Source: a virus
Lineage: Duplodnaviria > Caudoviricetes
IMG/VR virus record: IMGVR_UViG_2786546892_000017
Length of the DNA stretch: 64,000 nucleotides
Reading direction: 5' to 3' (one strand)
This document shows, piece by piece, positions 8,455 through 17,365 of the stretch. The translations under genes were made by a program, and so were the position numbers. The notes below the pieces were generated by a model. That model was given only the letters and a program-made list of their open reading frames with translations. It was not told the DNA's origin and ran no database searches. Each line of letters begins with the position of its first letter. The first letter of the stretch is position 1.

Positions 8455-10458
8455 CTAGCTGCATCCGGTCATCATTTGGCACGCGGTCCGCGTGGGGTAT
8501 ATGCCACCACCCACCGGCTGACAGACCCCCAACACGCAATTCCAGCCGATGCCACCGCTACTCGTGCTGCTCGTTGTTCCGTCCGCGCAGACTGCCTGGC
8601 AATCGAGGCTCGTCGCGTAGGGGCCGCCACCGGGGGTAGCCCCGGTAGGGCACAAACCGCCGACGAGGGTGGCGCAGAAGTCCGGGGACGGGCAGCAGTA
8701 ATACCCCGTCCCCGTGCTGGTACTGGTCGTCGTGGTCGTCGTCGTTGAAGTCGTGGTGCTGGTCGTCGTGCTGGTGGTCGTCGCGGGGGCAGTGCTGGTG
8801 CTGGATGTCGTGCTGGTGGTACTCGTCGTCGTACCGGGCAAGCACGGGGACGCGACGCACAGCGCTACGGTGGAGTAAGTCATCCCGGTGTTGATGTCGA
8901 TTGCGCCCGGGTAGTACATGTAGAGATCGGCCAAGCTGATGTGGCACTCGGCAAACGGACCCGAAACGGCCGACCCGTTGTACAGATAAAACGTGTAGCA
9001 TGTGTACGGCGGTGACGTACTGGTACTCGTCGTCGTGCTGGTCGTCGTCCCGGGCGGCGTACTGGTCGACGGATTCACGCACGGTGTAATAGCCCAGTCG
9101 CACGGGCCGGTAGGAGATCGATCCGGGACGCCGCAGACGCAAACGATGCCGGCGCCACTGCACGTTCCACTCACCACGCCATCGCACGTCGTTACCGGCA
9201 CGGGCAGGCACGAGCCGCTTATCTGGGCCCACCCGCCCAGCCCGTTGGGGCCCATAACACAAGTGCCACAGCAGATACACGGAGCGGGCGGTGGCGGCGG
9301 AACAGGTGTACTCGTACTGATAGGGCCGCAATACGGAGGGGTGTACGATCCGCCGGAGATGCAAGCCGTCGTCACCGCGGTAACGCACCCACCGGGCGAC
9401 ACCGGAGGCGGGCACGGCGGCCACGGGCAATCGCACCCTGTCCCGCACGCGAGTGTCTTTAGGTACTCCCCTGAACCGTTGTCCGTGAAAAGGCAGTAGT
9501 TTGGATTGCACCCGGGCGTACTGGTGCTGGTTGTGGTGGTGGTGGTGGTGTACGGCGGGGCCTGAAACTCCCAATAATACGGCTCGTCCGGCGCCGCAAT
9601 GACCAACGTCGGCGACACGTACCCCGCCCCGCCGGCCCCCAATACCAGAGTGGCCACCTTGCCACCCGCCACGGTTGCGGTGATCACCGCACCGGCACCG
9701 GCTGGGTCCGACACCGTCACCTGCGGGGAGACCGTGTAGCCACCAGTCCCGGGGTCGGTCAGCGTGACGGTCGAAATGCTCCCGCCGGAATTCGCGACCG
9801 TGCCTTGGGCCGTCGTCTGCCGATTCGTCGGGCTGGCCCAGAACCGCGCGTTAACCTTGCCGTGGGTGTCGATTACGGGGATCAGACCTGTCACCGGATC
9901 AGGCACGGGAACAGCGTTCCAGACCTGGACCGGATCGGATGTGTCCTGCCAGGTCGGGGCAGTGGCGGCCGTCACTAATTCTTGCGGCTGCCAACTATAA
10001 AGGAACCCACCGGAAGACGACGTGGAGCCCGTCACCCGCCCCCACATGCTGGCTTGCAGGATACTGAATTCCCACATGCCCGATTGCGTCGGCGACTTCC
10101 AGAACCACCCGTATAAGTTGCCCGGTTTGTCGTCAGTGAGCGTGTCGGTCGGGAACGGATCGCCCTGTACGGGGAACGACGAGTTGACCACCTCGTCCTG
10201 CGAATCGTCATCAATGAACGTGCCGTCCGCCTGCATCACCTGCGGCTGGTAGCTGTACACCTTCTGGGCTCCGGGGCCCGCCGCCTTCCCCGTCAATCTC
10301 CCCCACTGCCCATCGAGCATGTTGGGCAGCTGGATCGACCTCGCCCCGTTCGGACCTGGCACCTCCGAGAACGGCGCGGGGAACCGCAACCCCTCGACGG
10401 CCCGGAGGCGACGGTCGAGGGCGTCCAGGCGGGCACGGTCGGCTGCTGAGTCTGCCAT
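8455..10458 (-). CDS. Cys-rich, Thr-repeat virion (tail tip-like) protein
   Basis: likely start MADSAADR at 10458, 6 nt after a class II -10; poly-Thr/Ser linkers separate Cys-rich modules. Confidence 0.65.
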   Translation of the reverse strand: MADSAADRARLDALDRRLRAVEGLRFPAPFSEVPGPNGARSIQLPNMLDGQWGRLTGKAAGPGAQKVYSYQPQVMQADGTFIDDDSQDEVVNSSFPVQGDPFPTDTLTDDKPGNLYGWFWKSPTQSGMWEFSILQASMWGRVTGSTSSSGGFLYSWQPQELVTAATAPTWQDTSDPVQVWNAVPVPDPVTGLIPVIDTHGKVNARFWASPTNRQTTAQGTVANSGGSISTVTLTDPGTGGYTVSPQVTVSDPAGAGAVITATVAGGKVATLVLGAGGAGYVSPTLVIAAPDEPYYWEFQAPPYTTTTTTTSTSTPGCNPNYCLFTDNGSGEYLKTLACGTGCDCPWPPCPPPVSPGGCVTAVTTACISGGSYTPPYCGPISTSTPVPPPPPAPCICCGTCVMGPNGLGGWAQISGSCLPVPVTTCDGVVSGTCSGAGIVCVCGVPDRSPTGPCDWAITPCVNPSTSTPPGTTTSTTTSTSTSPPYTCYTFYLYNGSAVSGPFAECHISLADLYMYYPGAIDINTGMTYSTVALCVASPCLPGTTTSTTSTTSSTSTAPATTTSTTTSTTTSTTTTTTTSTSTGTGYYCCPSPDFCATLVGGLCPTGATPGGGPYATSLDCQAVCADGTTSSTSSGGIGWNCVLGVCQPVGGGIYPTRTACQMMTGCS

Positions 10459-10464
10459 AGGGGG

Positions 10465-10488
10465 AATGTGGGGTCCGCGGGGGAACAC
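10465..10488 (-). promoter_or_regulatory. class II promoter variant
   Basis: GTGTTCCC-N10-CACATT-N6-ATG. Confidence 0.7.
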
Positions 10489-10495
10489 TGTGAGC

Positions 10496-10521
10496 ATCCT
10501 AACGAGGTCCGTTGCCTGAGT
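10496..10521 (-). promoter_or_regulatory. class I promoter
   Basis: ACTCAGGCAACG-N8-TAGGAT. Confidence 0.75.
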
Positions 10522-10525
10522 GAGA

Positions 10526-10549
10526 TAGTGCCCACGAACCGGCCACATT
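10526..10549 (+). promoter_or_regulatory. class II promoter variant
   Basis: TAGTGCCC-N10-CACATT-N7-ATG. Confidence 0.75.
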
Positions 10550-10556
10550 CGGGGGC

Positions 10557-11780
10557 ATGGCAGAACTGGAAAGCGAAGAAATCGGCGGCGACGACCTGTT
10601 CCCCGGCGTGCCCAGCTCGGGCTCCCCGGCGTCGTACATTTTGCCCGAGCCCGACCCCGCCGATAATTTCGACGCGGATACCAATTGGTCCGAGCAAGTC
10701 ACCGGCAACGAGGCCCCGGGCGGCGGGTCGTCTTTTAGTCGCGACGAGGGGAATGCGGGGTTGTACGGCTATGTACCGTACAACATGGTTCGGACCGCCG
10801 TAAGAGACATGGTCGGGTACTGTTGGGCCGACCAAGGGCCGCCTTGGCAACTCCACCGCGTCAACCCGTGGCAACACCCGGACTTCCCGTGGATGCGGTG
10901 CCAAAGTGTTCACGTGCAACCAGTTAACCCGTGTGGAGGTCCGAGTCAGGCGGACCCGACAACCAACGTGATCTGGACCAATTCGGCGGCCACGACGGCG
11001 CCTCAGTGGTCGAGCGCAGCGACGGCGGCCGTGCGCCCGAAGCGGCAGATCAACTACACGCGGGCCGCGTGTACCCTGAGCTTCAAGCCGTTCCCGTACG
11101 TCTTCTTGGAAGACGCGGATATGCAGGCGTATGGGTTGAAGGAGTATTATCGTAACTGTGATAGATTTTCTAGTATAGACCCGGCCCTCACGACGTTGAT
11201 GGCCTCGGCTACTCCGTTCATGACTTTTTTGGAGGGTCTGGACAACTCCACACCCGGCAAGCCGCTGACCAGTTTTACGCCGCCGCAGATGTTTCAAGGT
11301 GATTTGTACGAGCTGCTATGTCAAACGGATCTGGTCTTGGCATGGTACGGGGTGCCGTTGGATTTTGTCTGCGACCCCTACCTTCCGAGCAAAATCCTTG
11401 CATGTGTAGGCACGGTTAACATTAATGATCAGTGGCTGAACGTGTTTCCCAAAGGCACGTTGTTGCTGAATGCCCCACACATTAGAAAATCAATACAGAA
11501 CGTCTGGACAACACCGAACACGATTGGCTTCACAGTCGACGTGTTTTTCCCGTTCAAATTTTTCAATCCAACAGCTGGCGTTATGCTGGACTACCAGGAC
11601 GGACGAACCTCATCCCTGACTCAACCGGTTTTTAACGGGCACAATTTGTTCCCGCTCGGGACGACTGGCAGATACTATTCGGCCGCCAGAAAGAACAAGA
11701 ATACCCAGCAGGGAGATCCGACAAAGCCACTGATTTCATTCAGCGATTTCGACACGATGTTCGCACATGTGAAATCGTAG
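10557..11780 (+). CDS. putative tail hub/structural protein, inverted relative to other virion genes
   Basis: 407 aa W/P/N-rich; lies between tape measure and tail-tip genes; own class II promoter, leaderless. Confidence 0.55.
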   Translation: MAELESEEIGGDDLFPGVPSSGSPASYILPEPDPADNFDADTNWSEQVTGNEAPGGGSSFSRDEGNAGLYGYVPYNMVRTAVRDMVGYCWADQGPPWQLHRVNPWQHPDFPWMRCQSVHVQPVNPCGGPSQADPTTNVIWTNSAATTAPQWSSAATAAVRPKRQINYTRAACTLSFKPFPYVFLEDADMQAYGLKEYYRNCDRFSSIDPALTTLMASATPFMTFLEGLDNSTPGKPLTSFTPPQMFQGDLYELLCQTDLVLAWYGVPLDFVCDPYLPSKILACVGTVNINDQWLNVFPKGTLLLNAPHIRKSIQNVWTTPNTIGFTVDVFFPFKFFNPTAGVMLDYQDGRTSSLTQPVFNGHNLFPLGTTGRYYSAARKNKNTQQGDPTKPLISFSDFDTMFAHVKS

Positions 11781-11785
11781 CCACT

Positions 11786-11811
11786 ACTCAGGCAACGCCA
11801 CCCGCTACAAT
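11786..11811 (+). promoter_or_regulatory. class I promoter
   Basis: ACTCAGGCAACG-N8-TACAAT. Confidence 0.8.
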
Positions 11812-11816
11812 TCCCT

Positions 11817-11911
11817 TGACGACCAGCGCGGAGTAGCTACCGCGCGTAAACCTTCCGGCCGGCACTGCGGGTTGCGTTCCCCTGTGGTGTCGGCCGGAGG
11901 GCGGGTCGTTA
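11817..11911 (+). ncRNA. conserved structured 5' leader RNA, copy 1
   Basis: near-identical to reverse complement of 17266..17359; three helices; compensatory change CGCGG/CCGCG vs CACGG/CCGTG. Confidence 0.65.
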
Positions 11912-11926
11912 CGAGGGAACGCACGA

Positions 11927-12177
11927 TGAGTGGAGATACTCCTGGCACCGAGACCGATGTCACGTGCCCGCAATGCGACAAGCAATTCATCTGGGTTGTC
12001 CCGTCCCCACCGCCGGTCCCAGAATCCGGACCGTGGCAGTTGCGAAAATCGGGCGACGTGTGGGTCGTCTGCCCAAAATGTAAATACACCTTCCCAGGCA
12101 ACCTGCCTTTAGAAATCAACAAGGGGATCAAGTGGCCGCAACCGAAACTGACGGACAACCCGGGCGAGCAAAGTTGA
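11927..12177 (+). CDS. small zinc-ribbon protein
   Basis: GAGGG RBS; CPQC and CPKC pairs. Confidence 0.55.
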
Positions 12178-12647
12178 TCGCGCGATTACCCGGCCCGGCG
12201 GAAGCCGCATACCACGCCACGGCTATCAAGACCGTCGAGCAAACCGTCCCCACGCTGAACGATTTTTTGGGCAAGATGGTCACGCTCAACGCGGCCCTCC
12301 TCGGCGGCGGCTTCTTGGTGGCCAAAGGCGACGTGCTACCGATTTGGTGGGGTATCCTTGTGATGATCTCGCTTCTGATTTCGCTGAGCGTGGCACTCTG
12401 GGGGTTAATGCCAGAGCGGTCGAACGTAAACTTGGACGCGAGGGGCGGGTTGGAAGCCTACCGAGAATTTGATAACAAGTTGATCGCTAAGAAAGATTGC
12501 GCCATCCAAGGGAGCGCCGCCGCGATAATTGCAGCGTTCGCGATCGGGGTCGTGGGGCTGGCGGTCAAGGCTTGGCCGAGCGAGACAACCGCCACCCAGA
12601 CTACGGCCGAGCGAGTCAAAGCCGACGGCCACCCGACCGGGAAGTGA
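12132..12647 (+). CDS. 3-TM membrane protein (Pycsar-effector/DUF5706-like layout)
   Basis: three hydrophobic segments, WGLMP after TM2, KK before TM3. Confidence 0.55.
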   Translation: MAATETDGQPGRAKLIARLPGPAEAAYHATAIKTVEQTVPTLNDFLGKMVTLNAALLGGGFLVAKGDVLPIWWGILVMISLLISLSVALWGLMPERSNVNLDARGGLEAYREFDNKLIAKKDCAIQGSAAAIIAAFAIGVVGLAVKAWPSETTATQTTAERVKADGHPTGK

Positions 12648-12674
12648 GGGTCGGGCGGCAGAGGCGACCAATTA

Positions 12675-12896
12675 TCAGATAGACCCCGCACCTATCCCCC
12701 GCTGAAACCCTTGGATCGACCGATGCCGGAAGGTCAAAGGCTCGATCTTCGCCCCGCCGTGCTTCGCCCACACGACCGGGGCGATCTCGGCGAGGGCCAA
12801 CGCCACCCCGATCCGGTCGTGGGCCGTAATCGTCTGCTCCATGAAGTCGGCCACCTTCTTCACCCGCTCGTCCAACGTCAGTTCGGGGTCGGGCAC
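12675..12896 (-). CDS. hypothetical protein
   Basis: 73 aa ORF downstream of class I promoter 13013..13038. Confidence 0.5.
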   Translation of the reverse strand: MPDPELTLDERVKKVADFMEQTITAHDRIGVALALAEIAPVVWAKHGGAKIEPLTFRHRSIQGFQRGIGAGSI

Positions 12897-13012
12897 CGCG
12901 GGCAGGTGCCCCGAGTGGCCCTTGGCGCACGGCTGCTGGGGGAGTTAGCATTCGGGGACGAAATTCGTCGTCATGTGTTGCGGCCTCGCGGAATGGGTGT
13001 GGGTACGCGGGC

Positions 13013-13038
13013 ATTGTAACGTGGGGCGTTGCCTGACT
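13013..13038 (-). promoter_or_regulatory. class I promoter
   Basis: AGTCAGGCAACG-N8-TACAAT. Confidence 0.8.
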
Positions 13039-13041
13039 CAG

Positions 13042-13461
13042 CTACCACGCCGGCCATCTACCCCAAATCTCGCGGCCGATCAGATATGTCGCACTCCCGG
13101 CGAGGAAGGCGTGCGGCCAATACCTCGCGGCCGATTCCAACTGGCTCATCCGCGGTTGTTCGTCAATTTCTCGGGGCTTGTAACACTGCTCCAGATCAGC
13201 AGCAAATCCGCCATGGCAAGTAGGGCATTCGACCAACGCGGGCGGGCTAACGCCATCGAGGTGGTAGGCTCTCACGACTAATTTCGCGCGGCACGCTGGG
13301 CAGTCGGCAAGAATCTCCACACCGGCTGCTGGGAAATGCTCGGGTCTGGCTGCCATACTCGCTTCCATCACGCTTTCCCTGACGATTCCGGCGCACGCCA
13401 ACATCCTACCACCCGCCGTTGCCTGAGTGGGACGACGCCGGCCCCCGGGAAACTGAAACAC
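13042..13461 (-). CDS. zinc-ribbon protein (true start probably near 13370)
   Basis: CPAC and CPTC pairs; class I promoter at 13403..13428 implies a later start. Confidence 0.45.
   Translation of the reverse strand: MFQFPGGRRRPTQATAGGRMLACAGIVRESVMEASMAARPEHFPAAGVEILADCPACRAKLVVRAYHLDGVSPPALVECPTCHGGFAADLEQCYKPREIDEQPRMSQLESAARYWPHAFLAGSATYLIGREIWGRWPAW
13403..13428 (-). promoter_or_regulatory. class I promoter
   Basis: ACTCAGGCAACG-N8-TAGGAT. Confidence 0.8.
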
Positions 13462-13478
13462 CCTCCGGGGGCGATTCG

Positions 13479-13757
13479 CTAGATGTCACCCGGGCCTTCA
13501 TATGGGCTCCAGGCCAACACCTTCGGTCGGTCCAATTTCACTTCTGTGGCCACGACGTGAACACAGAGGAATGTCCTCGTTCCCATGAGCGACAACGCCT
13601 CCTCCTCAGTGCGGGCAACCACGAAGACACGGGCCTCACCATCCCAACTGTCGGTCCCGCCTTCGTCACCGTCGGGGTCTTTCGAGCCGATGATGTAAAG
13701 ATTGTAGGTGCCCATGCGATGGGGTCTCCGTGGGTGTGGGGGTAGAAAAGAAGACAA
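13479..13757 (-). CDS. hypothetical phage protein
   Basis: YII...DSWDG..VFVVARTEEEA pattern common in small phage proteins. Confidence 0.5.
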   Translation of the reverse strand: MSSFLPPHPRRPHRMGTYNLYIIGSKDPDGDEGGTDSWDGEARVFVVARTEEEALSLMGTRTFLCVHVVATEVKLDRPKVLAWSPYEGPGDI

Positions 13758-13844
13758 CCGTAGCGATCGCCGTTACGGTTGTGATTGCCTCACGGCCTTT
13801 TTACCGGTATCGGTAAAATGTAGATGCAACTGTATGTCCGCAGA

Positions 13845-14591
13845 CTAGTTCCGCATCCCGGCCAGATCCGAGAACAGGTTCCGTGCGGGTGGCGACTGCC
13901 GTTCGGCCGCGATCACTTCGTCCATGATGCGGTCAATGGCGTCGTCCAGACAGTTCACCTGCGGGCCGTCCCACACGAGCCACCCGCCGACCTTGTCGGG
14001 CACCTCGCCGAACCGCAGCAGCAGGAGGTGACTGGCGAGCCGCGAGATCTTCCCCCGCTGCTTCGTGGTGGTCGTCAGCCGCCGGTGGTGGCAACGCTCG
14101 GCCACGGTGAACCGAGTGATGGAGCGGACCGAACGGCTGTGGTCGATCGCCGCCATGACCTGCTTGACCGTTTCGATGACGATGAGGGCGATTTGCTGGG
14201 CGGTCATCCCGGACGGCGTCGGCTCCTGTTTCGGGCCGAAGAAGTGGGCGTGCAAGACGTCGGCACATTCGTTTTGATACAGCTCGATTTTCTTGACCAG
14301 TTCGGGCTTGTCCTTGGCTACGCGGTTCACGTCCAACGTCGCCAGCCACATGGCCACCCGCTCCCGGGGGATCATCACGGCTTCCTGCTCGTGCCCGCGG
14401 GCGTCTCGTATCAAGATCATCTTGATACGAGCCCACGGCTTCTTCTTCAGCCGCTCCTGTTGCCCCTGCGGTGAAATGCTGAACGACTCGCACACGCGGC
14501 GCACGGAGACGAAGATTTCCCCGTCATCCAGTTTCACGGCGTCGATCACGTCGTCGTGAAACTTCACCGGCACCAACTCATAACCAGCCAT
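13845..14591 (-). CDS. phage antirepressor (P22 Ant N-terminal domain)
   Basis: VPVKFHDD..IFVSVRRVCE...WLATLDVNRV...IELYQNECADVLHAHF. Confidence 0.85.
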   Translation of the reverse strand: MAGYELVPVKFHDDVIDAVKLDDGEIFVSVRRVCESFSISPQGQQERLKKKPWARIKMILIRDARGHEQEAVMIPRERVAMWLATLDVNRVAKDKPELVKKIELYQNECADVLHAHFFGPKQEPTPSGMTAQQIALIVIETVKQVMAAIDHSRSVRSITRFTVAERCHHRRLTTTTKQRGKISRLASHLLLLRFGEVPDKVGGWLVWDGPQVNCLDDAIDRIMDEVIAAERQSPPARNLFSDLAGMRN

Positions 14592-14643
14592 GTTGCCGAT
14601 CCTCAGAAGGTAAGTAATCAAAACCTTCCCACACTCGCAATGC

Positions 14644-14669
14644 ACTCTAGCTACCTGCGTTGCCTGAGT
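14644..14669 (-). promoter_or_regulatory. class I promoter (antirepressor)
   Basis: ACTCAGGCAACG-N8-TAGAGT. Confidence 0.8.
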
Positions 14670-14740
14670 GCTCATCCGGCAGATCGCACCCGATAAACGA
14701 GAAGACCCCGCCGGGCACGCAGCCAAGCGGGGTCGCACTC

Positions 14741-15088
14741 TCACACCATCACCGACCGATACACCTGCGGCCCCTGCCTGCCGCTGCAGCCCAACCCGTC
14801 CGCCATTGTTCGGCGGTCCCGTTCGTGCCAAAGTTCCTCGCGGTTCGCCACTCGCCTCCGCAACTCCTCTACCCTCTCGGCCGATCCTGGATCTGCCTCG
14901 CACGCTCTGGCCGCGGGTTTCGTCTCCCGAATTTTGGCCCCGAAGGTGGTCGGCCGAGTCACGGACCCCGCAGGGTACATCGCACGTACATTCGGTTTCG
15001 CGTGGCATGGATGGCAAAGGCGCCGCGGTCGAGTGATCTTCCGTTTCTTGCAGTGCCGGCAGGGGTCAACGATGGGGGTTGTCACCAC
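14741..15088 (-). CDS. hypothetical protein with CxxC pairs
   Basis: CRHC/CHPC; ADPGSAERVEELRRRVANREELWHERD motif. Confidence 0.55.
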   Translation of the reverse strand: MVTTPIVDPCRHCKKRKITRPRRLCHPCHAKPNVRAMYPAGSVTRPTTFGAKIRETKPAARACEADPGSAERVEELRRRVANREELWHERDRRTMADGLGCSGRQGPQVYRSVMV

Positions 15089-15459
15089 GTCGCACCGGCC
15101 CTCTCGCCGATCTCTTCGGCCATGCGGTCCATCTCGTCAGCCGTCATCGGGTCCGAGTCGGGCATGTCGTCGAGTAGTCCGTCGATCTGCCGGGCCGTCC
15201 GCCACGCGACCACCGATCGACGGATGCGGGCTTCTAAAGCCATTGACAGACCATGCTCGCCGTACTGAAGGCTGGAAGCGGGGGCGGACAGGATTGATTC
15301 CCGAACTACCTGCTGGACTTCCGCGACATCCTCACCGATGGCAACCAGCATGCGGCCGAACCGCTCGACGAAATGCCCGGCGTACTTCAGAAAAGAATGT
15401 GCGCGTGCGGATTCCGACCGCGGATTGCCCCGCGGTAACAAATGCGATACACTTTCCAT
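15082..15459 (-). CDS. hypothetical protein
   Basis: 125 aa ORF overlapping the next gene. Confidence 0.45.
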   Translation of the reverse strand: MESVSHLLPRGNPRSESARAHSFLKYAGHFVERFGRMLVAIGEDVAEVQQVVRESILSAPASSLQYGEHGLSMALEARIRRSVVAWRTARQIDGLLDDMPDSDPMTADEMDRMAEEIGERAGATW

Positions 15460-15565
15460 CGAACAACTCCGTGTAGAGCAGAGGGGTTCACCGGCTCTCG
15501 GGCGTGGACAAGACGCCCGAGAGCCTTGAGAACGATCCGTGTTGCACCACAGACCGTCCGGGAAA

Positions 15566-15587
15566 AGTGTAATTTATAAATTACACT
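15566..15587. promoter_or_regulatory. perfect 22-bp palindromic operator candidate
   Basis: AGTGTAATTTATAAATTACACT is its own reverse complement; lies between divergent genes upstream of an Xre gene. Confidence 0.7.
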
Positions 15588-15613
15588 GATTCAATCCCAG
15601 AAGGTCGATTCCC

Positions 15614-15847
15614 ATGATTTTTGTGGCCAAGAAAAAGAGCAGCGAGGCAACACCGTTCGGCCGCAGGCTTCGCGAAAAGCGTGTGGCGGCAGGACTTTCG
15701 CAGCTCGCATTGGCTGAAAAGATAGGGATGTTGCGGCCCGTGATCGCCAAGTTGGAAACGTCTCCGGACGCCAATCCAACCCTGGACACAATTAAGTCAC
15801 TGGCCGCCGCACTTGATGTGAATCCCGCGGATTTGATCGCGGACTGA
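15614..15847 (+). CDS. Xre-family HTH regulator
   Basis: FGRRLREKRVAAGLSQLALAEKIG...NPTLDTIKSLAAALDV. Confidence 0.9.
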   Translation: MIFVAKKKSSEATPFGRRLREKRVAAGLSQLALAEKIGMLRPVIAKLETSPDANPTLDTIKSLAAALDVNPADLIAD

Positions 15848-15881
15848 TTCTCTCGGGCGGCCCACTCAGGGGACCGCCACC

Positions 15882-16367
15882 ATGCCACGTGATTACGACG
15901 ACGATGACAGCAGCGTTGACTTGCCCCGCCGCAAACCAAAGTCCGCCGGGATACCCGTGTGGCTAATGCTACTCCTCGGCGCCGCCGCCGCGATGGTCCT
16001 TGTCTGTGGGGCGGGGATGCTGCTGTTTGTGATCGGCCTGGGCGGGGCAGCGCGACAGGTTGCAGTGGAACAGAAAGTCCAAGAAGATAATGCGACGGCC
16101 GCTGCCAAGCAAGCCAAACTCGATGCAGACAAGGACAAGGGGACCGCGCCGGCCACAATGACGCGGGAAGAGTTTATGCGAGTCATTGACCGGAAAACTG
16201 AAAAGGAAATTATTGCCCTACTTGGCCGCCCAGAATCAACGGACTTGCATTCTGACGGATCAACATGGCGGTACATGCACCGAACGGTCGACTCGATTTC
16301 TGGGAAAACGGACTACAGTGTCCACATTCGTTTTGTTGACGGTGTGGTAAACAGCGTCACGTTCTAG
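15882..16367 (+). CDS. membrane-anchored protein with SmpA/BamE-like C-terminal domain
   Basis: DDDD..PRRK then TM; EIIALLGRP...WRY...F.DGVV. Confidence 0.65.
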   Translation: MPRDYDDDDSSVDLPRRKPKSAGIPVWLMLLLGAAAAMVLVCGAGMLLFVIGLGGAARQVAVEQKVQEDNATAAAKQAKLDADKDKGTAPATMTREEFMRVIDRKTEKEIIALLGRPESTDLHSDGSTWRYMHRTVDSISGKTDYSVHIRFVDGVVNSVTF

Positions 16368-16405
16368 CCCCCGCATCTCGCCCACCGCCCTCCCCCACCC
16401 GACCC

Positions 16406-17002
16406 TTACTTCCCGGTCGGGTGGCTATCGGCTTTGACCCGCTCGACCGGCCCGACTTCGGGAACCGCCACCGTCTTCACCTTCGCCCGCTGTTCGACGA
16501 TCGCACAAGCCAGCGGAACCGCCAGCAGTCCGACGGAACACGCCGACAGGATGGTCGCCACCATTAGCAACCGGGCCTTGCGGTCGCAGCCGAATAGCGT
16601 TAGGGCGGTGGCCAACACCCATTGGCCGGCGAACGCGACTTCCCCGGTCTCCGTCAGGTCCGCCGCGTACCGCGCGGCCAGCGTAACTGATGGTCTGTAC
16701 ACGGTGCCGACCTGCCGCACGAGTATGCCGTACACGATGGACGCGATGGCGCACGCGAACGCCGGCATGATCCCGATGGCCGTGGCAGGCCCGATCTTCC
16801 CCTCCGCGATGCCGGCGATCGCCCCGACCACGACAAGCCCCGCGCCCCCGCTGAAATAGCCGATCAACGCTGCCGCCTTGACGTCCAGGTCGTCGAACGT
16901 CTTGAGAGCGTAGGCGTGGTCGTCCTTGGCAGCCTGGAGCACCCACTTGTGGTCGACGCCGGGGAGCGGGATATAAGACGCTGCCCATGCCTCCGCGTGC
17001 AT
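16406..17002 (-). CDS. 3-TM membrane protein (Pycsar-effector/DUF5706-like layout)
   Basis: LDVKAAALIGY before TM1, KARLL before last TM; C-terminus shared with 12132..12647. Confidence 0.6.
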   Translation of the reverse strand: MHAEAWAASYIPLPGVDHKWVLQAAKDDHAYALKTFDDLDVKAAALIGYFSGGAGLVVVGAIAGIAEGKIGPATAIGIMPAFACAIASIVYGILVRQVGTVYRPSVTLAARYAADLTETGEVAFAGQWVLATALTLFGCDRKARLLMVATILSACSVGLLAVPLACAIVEQRAKVKTVAVPEVGPVERVKADSHPTGK

Positions 17003-17031
17003 CGCGGGCGACCACTCTCTGAGAATCGAGT

Positions 17032-17175
17032 CTATTTCGGTGGGAACCCCCGGCGGAATGGAACCGGCCGCTGCTCCCGGGGTGGGACCGGCGGGGAGGA
17101 TGGCGGAGGAGGCGGAGGAGGGGGACTGGATGGCGGCGGGGGTGGCGATGACGGGGCTCCCGATGACTGGCTCAT
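17032..17175 (-). CDS. 47-aa proline-rich peptide
   Basis: AGGA RBS; MSQSSGAPSSPPPPPSSPPPPPPPPSSPPVPPREQRPVPFRRGFPPK; below ORF-track cutoff. Confidence 0.5.
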   Translation of the reverse strand: MSQSSGAPSSPPPPPSSPPPPPPPPSSPPVPPREQRPVPFRRGFPPK

Positions 17176-17265
17176 TGGCGTTCCTGAGAAGTAACCACGC
17201 TCAGCACCAGATAGCTAATCCGGTTGTCGTGGCGCCCACCATCATACGCCAAAACGCCCGCATTG

Positions 17266-17359
17266 TAACGACCCGCCCTCCGGCCGACACCACAGGGGAA
17301 CGCAACCCGCAGTGCCGGCCGAAAGGTTTCACACGGTAGCTACTCCGTGTTGGTCGTCA
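17266..17359 (-). ncRNA. conserved structured 5' leader RNA, copy 2
   Basis: inverted near-copy of 11817..11911, directly downstream of class I promoter. Confidence 0.65.
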
Positions 17360-17365
17360 CGGGAG

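Noticed and set aside
8700-8835. GTC/GTG/CTG trinucleotide-like repeat as a non-coding repeat or DGR target
   Set aside because: Encodes Thr/Ser linkers in frame; no reverse transcriptase or template repeat seen
17000-17263. TGA readthrough joining MRAFWRMMVGATTTGLAIWC to the membrane protein 16406..17002
   Set aside because: Frames are continuous across one TGA, but TGA is a normal stop elsewhere in the window and the Pro-rich ORF in another frame has a better RBS
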